Positions 19,495 through 28,214 of a stretch of DNA of 64,000 nt are shown here, piece by piece. The translations under genes and the position numbers were made by a program. The DNA is from Limnohabitans sp. Rim8 (GTDB taxonomy: Bacteria; Pseudomonadota; Gammaproteobacteria; Burkholderiales; Burkholderiaceae_C): NCBI RefSeq assembly GCF_945897465.1, contig NZ_CAMDFK010000005.1, one strand, 5' to 3'. Under the pieces are notes generated by a model. That model was given only the letters and a program-made list of their open reading frames with translations, ran no database searches and was not told where the DNA came from. Numbering within the stretch: the stretch's first letter is position 1; each line of letters starts with the position of its first letter.

Positions 19495-20364
19495 TTAGAG
19501 CAAGCCCGCGCTGCGGGCGGCCGACTCCAGGCCCTTGTAGTTCTCGGGCGTGGTAGCGATGTAGCGGCTCGAGCGGTTGAGCTTCAAGATCTCGGCGTGC
19601 TCGGGGTTGGCGGGGTTCAGGGCCAGCAAGGCGGCTTTGATTTTTTCGCGCAAGTCGGCAGGCATGTCGGCGTGCACCGACCAGTTGTAGTTGAAGTAAG
19701 GGGGCGTGGTGTAGAACACGTTCACAGCCTGGGTGTCGACCTTGTTTTCGGCCACGAACTTTTTCCACACGGTGATGTCGAGCGCTGCGGCATCGACCTT
19801 GCCACTGACCACCGAAGCGATGGTGGCGTCGTGAGCGCCGCTGTAGGCGATGCGCTTGAAGTCTTTTTCAGGCTCGATCTTGGCTTGCAGCAAAAAGCTG
19901 CGCGGCATCAGATGGCCAGAGGTGCTGCTTTGTGAGCCAAAAGAGACTTGCTTGCCCTTCATGTCGGCCAGCGTCTTGATGCCAGAGTTGGTCTTGGCGA
20001 TGAACACCGACTGGAAACGCGTGTCTTCTTCGCGCTGGGCCAATGGCACGATCTTGCCGCCCGAGCGGATATTCGCCTGCACAAAGGTGAAGCCGCCAAA
20101 CCAGACCACATCGACCTTCTTGTTCACCAATGACTCCACAGCAGCGGGGTAATCGGTCACGGGCGTGAACAGCACTTTCATACCCAGTTGCTTTTCCAGG
20201 TAAGTGGCCAAAGGCGTGAACTTGCGCACCTGCTCGGTGGCCGCTTCCTCGGGGATGGTGGTCACGCGCAACGTGGTTTGGGCTTGGGCCGAGCTCATGG
20301 CCGACAAAGCCAGCAAACCTGCACAGACCGAGGACAAAAATTTGGAAATAAAAGCGTGATGCAT
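19495..20364 (-). CDS. PhnD-family periplasmic substrate-binding protein (subfamily annotated in databases as putative selenate/phosphonate binding)
   Basis: Signal peptide ending SSAQA|QTT. PhnD-like TLRVTTIPEE, and YPAAVESLVNKKVDVVWFGGFT. Confidence 0.85.
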   Translation of the reverse strand: MHHAFISKFLSSVCAGLLALSAMSSAQAQTTLRVTTIPEEAATEQVRKFTPLATYLEKQLGMKVLFTPVTDYPAAVESLVNKKVDVVWFGGFTFVQANIRSGGKIVPLAQREEDTRFQSVFIAKTNSGIKTLADMKGKQVSFGSQSSTSGHLMPRSFLLQAKIEPEKDFKRIAYSGAHDATIASVVSGKVDAAALDITVWKKFVAENKVDTQAVNVFYTTPPYFNYNWSVHADMPADLREKIKAALLALNPANPEHAEILKLNRSSRYIATTPENYKGLESAARSAGLL

Positions 20365-20477
20365 GGCTAACTATAAAAAACAATCAACCCTTATTACACC
20401 CTGAAATCTTTGCACCGCGCCATACAAGGGCCAAAGCTGCTCAAAGCTGCAGCCACTTTCATGACTTAATATGCCGC

Positions 20478-21446
20478 ATGACCACCCCCCAATTCATCCA
20501 GCTGTACCAGCACAACGCCGCCGCCGTGGCGCAAGAACTCTTGCAGGGCCTGAGCGCCCCGCAGGCCTTCACCTCACCCAAATACCTGTACGACGCGCTG
20601 GGCTCGCGCTTGTTCGAGGCCATCACCGAGCTGCCAGAGTACGACCTGACCCGCACCGAGGCGCAACTCATGCGCCTGCACAGTGCGGACATGGCCCAGC
20701 ACCTGCCCAAAGGTGCTTGCTGGATCGACCTGGGCGCGGGCAACTGCGAAAAAGCCGGACGGCTGCTGGGCCCCCTGCAAGCGGGGCGTTATGTGGCGGT
20801 GGACATTTCGGTGGACTTTGTGCGCGAAGCCCTGGACAGCCTGCAGCGCCAGCACCCGGACTTGCCCATGACGGGCCTGGGCACCGATTTCTCGGGGGGC
20901 CTGGATTTGCCAGACGCCTTGAAACTGGACCCGGCGCAGCCACGCGTCTTGTTTTACCCGGGCTCGAGCATCGGTAATTTCACACCCGATCAGGCGTTAG
21001 GCTTTTTGCAAAGCCTGCACCGCGCTTGTGGCACAGCCCAAGGCAGCGGCTTGCTGATCGGGGTGGATTTGGTCAAAGACGCGGCCGAACTGGAAGCGGC
21101 CTATGACGACGCCCTGGGCGTGACCGCTGCCTTTGACCTGAACCTGCTGCTGCACATCAACCGCTTGGTGGGCAGCAACTTTGTGGTGCGCGACTGGCGG
21201 CACTTGTCGCGCTTCAACGCCGAGCGCTCGCGCGTGGAAATGCACCTGCAGGCGCGCCACGCGGTGCGCGTGCAGTGGCCAGGCGGCGAGCGGCTTTTTG
21301 CCAAAGGCGAGACCATCCACACAGAAAACGCCTGTAAGTGGACGGTGCCGAACTTCGAAGCCTTGCTGCACGCAGCAGGCTTTGCCCAGACCCGCGCCTG
21401 GACCGATCCGGCCCAGCGCTTTGCGGTGTTCTGGGCCGTGGCCTGA
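20478..21446 (+). CDS. egtD: L-histidine N-alpha-methyltransferase (hercynine synthase)
   Basis: It aligns along its full length, from memory, with mycobacterial EgtD. Matching segments include PKYLYDALGSRLFEAITELPEYDLTRTEAQ, DLGAGNCEK, GSSIGNFTP, AYDDALGVTAAFDLNLL and TENACKW. Confidence 0.85.
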   Translation: MTTPQFIQLYQHNAAAVAQELLQGLSAPQAFTSPKYLYDALGSRLFEAITELPEYDLTRTEAQLMRLHSADMAQHLPKGACWIDLGAGNCEKAGRLLGPLQAGRYVAVDISVDFVREALDSLQRQHPDLPMTGLGTDFSGGLDLPDALKLDPAQPRVLFYPGSSIGNFTPDQALGFLQSLHRACGTAQGSGLLIGVDLVKDAAELEAAYDDALGVTAAFDLNLLLHINRLVGSNFVVRDWRHLSRFNAERSRVEMHLQARHAVRVQWPGGERLFAKGETIHTENACKWTVPNFEALLHAAGFAQTRAWTDPAQRFAVFWAVA

Positions 21447-21545
21447 GCTTGTCGCGCATTTGATTCGATCTCTTTAACCTCGTGTCCATAATGAATTTGG
21501 CCCAGCGCTCTTGCTGCGTGCAAATTCAATGACCTGGAGACTCGC

Positions 21546-22313
21546 ATGTTGAACGATCTGAAAGACAAAGTGGTTTTGATCACCGGCTCGAGCACCGGTA
21601 TCGGTGCTGCAGCGGCAGTGGCTTTTGGCCGACTTGGCGCACGCGTGGCCGTGCACTACAACAGCAGCCAAGGCCCGGGTGAAGAAGTGCTCAAAGCTGT
21701 CAAGGACACGGGTGCTCAGGCCGTCTTGCTGCAAGGCAACGTGCTTGAAACCGCCCAATGCCACCGCCTGGTCGAAGAAACTGTCAAGGCGTTCGGACGC
21801 ATAGACATCTTGATCAACAACGCGGGCGCTTTGGTTCAACGGGTACCCATTGAAGAGATCACCGATGAGCTGTTTGACAATGTGGTGCATCTGAACGTGC
21901 GCTCCGCCATGATGTGCACCGCCGCTGCAGTGGCCGCCATGCGTCGGCAGGGCCAAGGCGGCGTCATCATCAATGTGACCTCGGTCGCGGCCAGGCATGG
22001 GGGCGGTACAGGTGCTTCTCTGTATGCCGGCTCCAAAGGCTTTGTCTCCACCATGACCAAAGGCTTGGCCAAGGAACTTGTCAAAGACAAGATCCGGGTC
22101 AACGCGATTGCCCCCGGCGTGATCACCACCCCATTTCACGAGCGTTTTTCGACGCCCCAAATGTTGGAAGGCTTTAGGGCCACGATCCCCATGAACCGCT
22201 TGGGCACTGCCGACGAATGTGCAGGCGCATTCCTGTACCTGGCTTCTGAACAGATGTCGGGCTATGTGACCGGCCAGGTCATCGACATCAACGGTGGGCA
22301 GTACATGCCCTGA
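21546..22313 (+). CDS. SDR family oxidoreductase
   Basis: TGSSTGIG cofactor motif, NNAG, and the catalytic YAGSK (YxxxK). Confidence 0.85.
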   Translation: MLNDLKDKVVLITGSSTGIGAAAAVAFGRLGARVAVHYNSSQGPGEEVLKAVKDTGAQAVLLQGNVLETAQCHRLVEETVKAFGRIDILINNAGALVQRVPIEEITDELFDNVVHLNVRSAMMCTAAAVAAMRRQGQGGVIINVTSVAARHGGGTGASLYAGSKGFVSTMTKGLAKELVKDKIRVNAIAPGVITTPFHERFSTPQMLEGFRATIPMNRLGTADECAGAFLYLASEQMSGYVTGQVIDINGGQYMP

Positions 22314-22316
22314 GTG

Positions 22317-23165
22317 TCAGTGCATGGAGGGGTAAAGCACGGTCACGCGCCACAAGGTGCGTGGCCGGGTCAGATCGATCAGGGGTGCGCTGTGCAGCAG
22401 CAAAGCGTTGTCCCAGACAATCACATCACCGTTTTCGTAGTGGTTGGTGTGGCAGTATTTTTCTTGTGTGGCATGTGCGGCCAATTCGCGCAACAGGTCC
22501 AGTGCCTCGTCATCGGGCAGGCCTTCGATGCCAAATGAACTCCCGCTGACCGCATACAAAGCCAGCTGACCTGTGAAGGGGTGTGGCTTGACCAGCGGGT
22601 GACGAACCCAGTTGACCCTTTGGGCCTGCTCGGCATTGAGCACAGACGCCACGCTTCGGGATTGTTTGTCCAGATCATCGCGGTTGCCATAGTGGTGCTT
22701 GACCACGAGGTCTTTGATTTTGGCTTTCATGCCCGAGGGTAAGTCGGCATAGGCCTTGGCTTGGTTGGCAAAGGTGGTGCCGTTGGGTGCGGGCGGAACG
22801 TCTTGCGCATGCAAGATGGTGCATCGCGCCACGTTTTCGAGATAGGAATAGTCGGTATGAAAATACGTGCCCGCATCCACCAGCCCCGTGGGCTTGCCGT
22901 GCTTGAACACGTTAGAGAGGATCAGGATGTTCGCATCCTCCGAGTGATGGAAGGTGTCAATGACATGCGGCGAAGGACGCCCCCATTGCCGGGCAAAACT
23001 CACCATTTGGAATGCCGTGAGTGACTGGTTCTTGATCACCACAAAACCGTGACGATGCAAGGCGTCGGCCAAGCCTTGGCGTTGCTCGGCATCCATGGCT
23101 TGCGACAGGTCCAGGCCCTCGATGCAGGCGCCAAGAACATCGCTCAAAGGTTTGGCCAAGAGCAT
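22317..23165 (-). CDS. TauD/TfdA family Fe(II)/2-oxoglutarate dioxygenase
   Basis: HxD iron motif in GTYFHTDYSY. The C-terminal half DVIVWDN..LLH is typical of TauD-like enzymes. Confidence 0.8.
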   Translation of the reverse strand: MLLAKPLSDVLGACIEGLDLSQAMDAEQRQGLADALHRHGFVVIKNQSLTAFQMVSFARQWGRPSPHVIDTFHHSEDANILILSNVFKHGKPTGLVDAGTYFHTDYSYLENVARCTILHAQDVPPAPNGTTFANQAKAYADLPSGMKAKIKDLVVKHHYGNRDDLDKQSRSVASVLNAEQAQRVNWVRHPLVKPHPFTGQLALYAVSGSSFGIEGLPDDEALDLLRELAAHATQEKYCHTNHYENGDVIVWDNALLLHSAPLIDLTRPRTLWRVTVLYPSMH

Positions 23166-23180
23166 GGGAATTCGCTTTCC

Positions 23181-24500
23181 TCAGTTGATCATTTCAGGAG
23201 AAAAAATGCGAGGAAGAAAGAGGGCAATTTCGGGGAACACAATGACTGCAAAAAGCACCAGCAGCATGGGCACCACCATGATCATGGTGTCCTTGATCGC
23301 GAACCTCAGCGGCACCTTGGCCACCGCGCAAGAAATCATCAGGCACATGCCATAGGGCGGGGTGACCAGGCCAAAAGCCAAAGCCAGAATGCCCACAATG
23401 GCAAAGTGAACGGGGTGCATGCCCACCGATTGCGCCAAAGGTTGCAAGGTGGTGCCCACGATGATGATGGCCGGGATGGCATCCAGAAAGCAGCCCACAA
23501 TCAAGAAGGCCGCCGCGATGAACAAGCCCACACCAATCACACCCATGCCCCAGGTCTGCACATTCGACAACAAGGCCTTCGGGATTTGGTAATAAGCCAG
23601 CAACCAGCCGAACACCGAAGCGGTTCCAACACAAAACAAAGCAACCGCCGAGAGTTTTCCCGTGTCCAATACGGCGGCCATGAATTGTTTGAAGCCCATC
23701 TCGCGGTAAAAGAACAGAGACAAAACAGCTGCATACAAAACAGCCGCCGCCGCCGATTCGGTGGCTGTGAACCAACCCAGCAAAATACCGCCCACAATGA
23801 TCACAGGTGTCAACATCGCTGGGATGGCCACACCGGCTGACTTGACAATTTCAAGGATATTGGCCCGTGGATATACCGGATAGTTGCGCTTGACAGAATA
23901 AGCATGGACGGTGGCCATCTGTGCCAAGCACAACAGCACCCCCGGAACAATGCCTGCCAAATACATGGCGCCAATCGAAGTGGAAATCACCCCACCCCAA
24001 ACCACCATCAAAATGGACGGGGGGATGATCACGGCCAGGACCGACGACACAGCCGTGACAGCAATCGAAAAAGACAGGTCATAACCCTCCTTGACCTGGG
24101 CCTCAATGAACAGCTTGCCCTGCCCTGCAGCGTCGGCGCTCGCCGAACCGGAAATTCCGGCAAAAAATACCGACAACAAGACGTTGACCTGCGCCAGCCC
24201 TCCGGGAAAATGCCCGACCAAGGCTCGGGACAAACGCATCATCCTGGATGTGATGCCGCCACCATTCATCAAGTTGGCGGTCAACAAGAAAAATGGAACG
24301 GCCAGCAAAATGAAAGAGTTGTAGGTCTTGAAGGTCTCATTGAACAGGACCATCGGTGACAGCCTGGGCTCCAACAACAAAACCGGCAACGATGCCAGGC
24401 CCAGGGCAAAGGCAACCGGAACCCGTATGGCCAGAAGAAGGAAAAACCCCCCAAAGAGGATCAGTGCCGCCATTCCAGGCGAAAACATGACAGAGCTCAA
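23181..24500 (-). CDS. dctM: TRAP transporter large permease subunit
   Basis: 439-aa polytopic protein with DctM-type sequence throughout. It overlaps dctQ by 4 nt. Confidence 0.9.
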   Translation of the reverse strand: MSSVMFSPGMAALILFGGFFLLLAIRVPVAFALGLASLPVLLLEPRLSPMVLFNETFKTYNSFILLAVPFFLLTANLMNGGGITSRMMRLSRALVGHFPGGLAQVNVLLSVFFAGISGSASADAAGQGKLFIEAQVKEGYDLSFSIAVTAVSSVLAVIIPPSILMVVWGGVISTSIGAMYLAGIVPGVLLCLAQMATVHAYSVKRNYPVYPRANILEIVKSAGVAIPAMLTPVIIVGGILLGWFTATESAAAAVLYAAVLSLFFYREMGFKQFMAAVLDTGKLSAVALFCVGTASVFGWLLAYYQIPKALLSNVQTWGMGVIGVGLFIAAAFLIVGCFLDAIPAIIIVGTTLQPLAQSVGMHPVHFAIVGILALAFGLVTPPYGMCLMISCAVAKVPLRFAIKDTMIMVVPMLLVLFAVIVFPEIALFLPRIFSPEMIN

Positions 24501-24994
24501 ACCGCTGACTCCTGATTCATACTTTCATGATGGGCCGACGGGCTGAACATTTGGTTGAGCAAGAAAACCATCCAAAGAAAGCCCGAAATAGGCCAAGCGA
24601 TGAAAATCCACCACATGGGCATGTCAGCCAGCTCTGAGGTCTGGTTCCACCCAAACTGGGTGAATTCGATGCCCCAGTAAAAAATCACAGCCGAAAAAAT
24701 CAACATGAAAACTTGGCAGATGAACAACAGGCGTTTGTTGGTCTTGGCCGACAGTTGGGGCAGGAAATCGACGTCAAAATGCATTTTTTCACGCACGCCC
24801 AAGGTGGCACCCAACATGATGAGCCAGATGAAGAAAAAGCGACTCATTTCTTCAGTCCACATGTAGCGTGGAATGAAGTCGGTGTACCTGGAAAAAATCT
24901 GCAAACTCACAGGTACAAGCAAGAGCAAAACCGTGAAGATCAGAAGAAAAGACAGCAAAGCATCGATCAGGAACAACAACTTTTTCATGAGCAA
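24497..24994 (-). CDS. dctQ: TRAP transporter small permease subunit
   Basis: 165 aa with 4 hydrophobic helices. Positioned between dctP and dctM. Confidence 0.85.
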   Translation of the reverse strand: MLMKKLLFLIDALLSFLLIFTVLLLLVPVSLQIFSRYTDFIPRYMWTEEMSRFFFIWLIMLGATLGVREKMHFDVDFLPQLSAKTNKRLLFICQVFMLIFSAVIFYWGIEFTQFGWNQTSELADMPMWWIFIAWPISGFLWMVFLLNQMFSPSAHHESMNQESAV

Positions 24995-25049
24995 CTTTAG
25001 GGGTGAGCATGCAGGGCGATGGCCTTTCGGCCACCGCCCGATCGGCCAA

Positions 25050-26039
25050 TCACTTCAGTGCATTGATCTTGGCGTAGATCGCATCCGCACCCACCTCTTT
25101 GGCATATGCGGCCATGACGGGGTCCACCAGTTTTTGCATTTCGGCTCGCTGGGCAAAGGGCACCTGCTTGAGCTTGCCTTCTTTGGCGTATTTGTCGAGC
25201 TTGGCTTGGTCCTCCGACGACTCGATCTGACGACCAAACGCACCCGCCTCCTTGCCCGCCTTCACGATGGCTGCTTGCAAGTCAGCAGGCAGCTTCTTCA
25301 GGGTCTTGACCGAAAAGCACAAAGGGCGAATGGTGATGGCATGGCGTGTCATCAAAATGTTGGGGGCCACTTCATAAAACTTCATGGCTTCCACACCAGC
25401 GGCTTCGTTTTCGCCGGCTTGGATCACACCGTTTTGAATCGCGTTGTAAACCTCGTTGTAGGCAATGACCGTTGGGGTCATGCCCACCGCACCAAAGGTT
25501 CGGCTCCAGATGGGTGCGCCTTGCACACGCACCTTCAGGTTTTTCAGATCAGCCAAATTGCCAGCAGACTTGTTGGCAAAAATATTGCGTACACCGCCGC
25601 CGGCATAACCAATCAGTTTGACTTCGGCTTTTTGCTCTACCTCGTCTGCAATCGGCTTGAGTATGTCTTGATCCAACACCTTATTCCAGTGACTCAGATC
25701 CCGGAACAAAAAAGGTGCATCAATGAAGGGGGCTGCTTTGGAAAAGGTGGACATGTGGGCTGGCGACACAATCGCAAAGTCCACCGCTTTGCCCTGGTTC
25801 ATGTAGGCAAAGTAATCTTTTTCCAAACCCAGTTCGCTGTTTTTGTGCAAAACAAAGTTGACCGGTTTGCCATAGTATTTTTTGACGAGCTCTTCAAACT
25901 TGACCATGGTCTTGGTGAAGGCATGGTCGTCACCAAATTGTGATGCGCCATGGAGCGTGATGGCTGCCTGTTGGGCATGCGCGCTCAAAGCCATGACCGA
26001 AGAGAGGACTACGCCCAGCAAAGGTTTCAAAATTTTCAT
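25050..26039 (-). CDS. dctP: TRAP transporter substrate-binding protein
   Basis: The start MKILKPLLGVVLSSVMALSAHA|QQ is at 26039, with an AGGAGA RBS. DctP-family body. The track ORF start at 26312 is over-extended. Confidence 0.85.
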   Translation of the reverse strand: MKILKPLLGVVLSSVMALSAHAQQAAITLHGASQFGDDHAFTKTMVKFEELVKKYYGKPVNFVLHKNSELGLEKDYFAYMNQGKAVDFAIVSPAHMSTFSKAAPFIDAPFLFRDLSHWNKVLDQDILKPIADEVEQKAEVKLIGYAGGGVRNIFANKSAGNLADLKNLKVRVQGAPIWSRTFGAVGMTPTVIAYNEVYNAIQNGVIQAGENEAAGVEAMKFYEVAPNILMTRHAITIRPLCFSVKTLKKLPADLQAAIVKAGKEAGAFGRQIESSEDQAKLDKYAKEGKLKQVPFAQRAEMQKLVDPVMAAYAKEVGADAIYAKINALK

Positions 26040-26301
26040 GTTTATGTCTCCTGAATTGATCGGAACAACAACCTGCTCACATTGTTGTTTTTTTAATGTA
26101 GGCCAAAGCCCCCCCGACAGTCTTGGGGAAAACCATGAGTCACCTCCACATCTGTCTCCAACGTGTCCGCGTGCACTGGCAAGTGACTTGGCCTCAGTGA
26201 TAACTTGACCAAGAAGCCGAGCGCAAGCGAAGCCGCTCATGTCTGCGCCTTTGGGATGAACTGGACGCAGTACTTTTTCATTCATCACACGAAAGAAGTT
26301 C

Positions 26302-27198
26302 ATGAAACACATTGGTTTTATAGGTGCCTCGGGCTTGATGGGTCATGGCATCGCCAAAAATTTGCTGGCCAAAGGCTTTCAGGTGTCGTTGACCGCCCAT
26401 TCGAGACGCGAACCTCTGCAAGACCTTCTGATGCATGGCGCCAAGCTGGTGGAACGCCACGCCGACCTGTCTGTCTGTGATGCGGTCATCATTTGTGTCA
26501 CCGGCTCTCCCCAGGTCGAGGCTGCGCTCGAGGGGCCAAGCGGCCTGTTGAGTCAAGCCCGTCCGGGGCTCGTGGTGGTGGATGCGTCCACCAGCGAACC
26601 CGATTCCACCCGCCGCCTGGCAGCCCGCTGCCAAGCGGTGGGCATGACCCTGGTTGATGCCCCATTGGCACGCACGCCGGTCGAAGCCGAGGCGGGCAAG
26701 CTCAACACCATGGTGGGCGCATCGCCCGAGGTCTTCACACGCTTGGAGCCCGTACTCCAGGCATATTGCGAAAACATCTTTCATGTCGGCGAAACGGGCG
26801 CTGCACACGTCATCAAGTTGTTGAACAACTTCCTGGGTCAAGCCATCACCACGGCCGCTGCTGAAGCTTTTGCCGTCGGCGCCAAAGCCGGCATTGATGT
26901 GGCCCAATTGGTCAGGGTGGTGTCGGCCGGTGCCGTCAATTCAGGCCTGTTCCAGGCCATGGCCAAAACCTTAGAGGGCGACTACACCGGACTCAAGTTC
27001 GAGCTGAACAATGCCTCCAAAGACTTGCGCTACTACGTGCATCTGACCGAAAACGTGAAAGCACCTTCATGGGTTGGCACCAGCGTGCACCAGAGTCTGG
27101 TGACAGCCTGCGCTTTGGGTTACGGCCAGGAGATGGTGCCCTCGCTGGTCAAGGCGCAAGCACAAATCAACCAGGTCAACATCGAGCAGGGCCGCTGA
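26302..27198 (+). CDS. NAD(P)-dependent beta-hydroxyacid dehydrogenase (3-hydroxyisobutyrate dehydrogenase family)
   Basis: N-terminal IGFIGASGLMGHGIAKNL Rossmann motif and the family core DAPLARTP..A..G.L. Confidence 0.85.
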   Translation: MKHIGFIGASGLMGHGIAKNLLAKGFQVSLTAHSRREPLQDLLMHGAKLVERHADLSVCDAVIICVTGSPQVEAALEGPSGLLSQARPGLVVVDASTSEPDSTRRLAARCQAVGMTLVDAPLARTPVEAEAGKLNTMVGASPEVFTRLEPVLQAYCENIFHVGETGAAHVIKLLNNFLGQAITTAAAEAFAVGAKAGIDVAQLVRVVSAGAVNSGLFQAMAKTLEGDYTGLKFELNNASKDLRYYVHLTENVKAPSWVGTSVHQSLVTACALGYGQEMVPSLVKAQAQINQVNIEQGR

Positions 27199-28211
27199 TG
27201 GCGCCCCGCCTGGGTATGGCCCTGGTGGGCTTGGGTGCGGCCACCCCACCGCATCTGCGCAGCCTGCAAGACCTGAGCGAACGCATCGACCTGCGTTATG
27301 CGGTCACGCGCCACCCCCACCCTGATCGCATCCGTCCTTACACAGGCCCAGTTCGCTGGGTCAGTGATCTGGACGAGGCGCTGAACGACCCACAGGTCCA
27401 AGCGGTCATTGTGGCCACACCACCGTCCACCCACCTGGACATCTGTCGGCGTTGCTTCGCTACCGGTAAACATGTCTTGCTCGAAAAACCGCTGGAACTG
27501 GACCTGGAAAGGTCAAAGCAACTGGCATCTCTGGCCCGGCAAAGCGGTCGGCACTGGGGTGTGGTCATGCAGCACCGGTTTCGTGAAGCATCGCTGGTTT
27601 TGCAGGATGTGGTCGACAAAGGGCGCTTGGGTGAAATCCAGGCCGCATCGGTGCGCGTGCCATGGTGGCGATCGCAAGCCTATTACAAAGAACTGGGCAG
27701 AGGCACCTTGGCACGTGATGGTGGCGGGGTGTTACTGACCCAAGCCATCCACACCCTGAACCTGTTTCAGTCGCTGGTCGGGGTGAAGTCGGTCACGGCC
27801 TCGGTGGTGCGGCAAACCCGTTTGCACCAAATGGAAACCGAGGACCATGTCAGCGCGCTGCTGGTTTTGGGCAATGGTGCGCCCGGTGACCTCATGGCGA
27901 CGACCGCCATGTACCCCGGCTTCCCAGAAACGATTGAAATCATCGGCACACAGGGCAGCGCACGGCTGAGTGGAGCAGATCTGCAGGTGCACTTTTTGCA
28001 AGGGGATCCTTTGACCGTGCGCGGTGAAGGCGGTACAGGCAGCGGTGCCAATATGATGGATTTTTCACACGAACCCCACCGGGATTTGTTAACAGATTTC
28101 ATCGACGCAATCGTCCACCATCGCGCTCCCAGAGTCACCGTTGATGATGCGCTGACAACCCACCTGCTGATCGATGAACTGCTGCGCAAGGGACGGATGT
28201 CGACGGACTGA
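27198..28211 (+). CDS. Gfo/Idh/MocA family oxidoreductase
   Basis: MALVGLGAATPPH Rossmann start and the EKPL motif (HVLLEKPLE). The ATG shares one nt with the upstream TGA (TGATG). Confidence 0.8.
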   Translation: MAPRLGMALVGLGAATPPHLRSLQDLSERIDLRYAVTRHPHPDRIRPYTGPVRWVSDLDEALNDPQVQAVIVATPPSTHLDICRRCFATGKHVLLEKPLELDLERSKQLASLARQSGRHWGVVMQHRFREASLVLQDVVDKGRLGEIQAASVRVPWWRSQAYYKELGRGTLARDGGGVLLTQAIHTLNLFQSLVGVKSVTASVVRQTRLHQMETEDHVSALLVLGNGAPGDLMATTAMYPGFPETIEIIGTQGSARLSGADLQVHFLQGDPLTVRGEGGTGSGANMMDFSHEPHRDLLTDFIDAIVHHRAPRVTVDDALTTHLLIDELLRKGRMSTD

Positions 28212-28214
28212 ACA

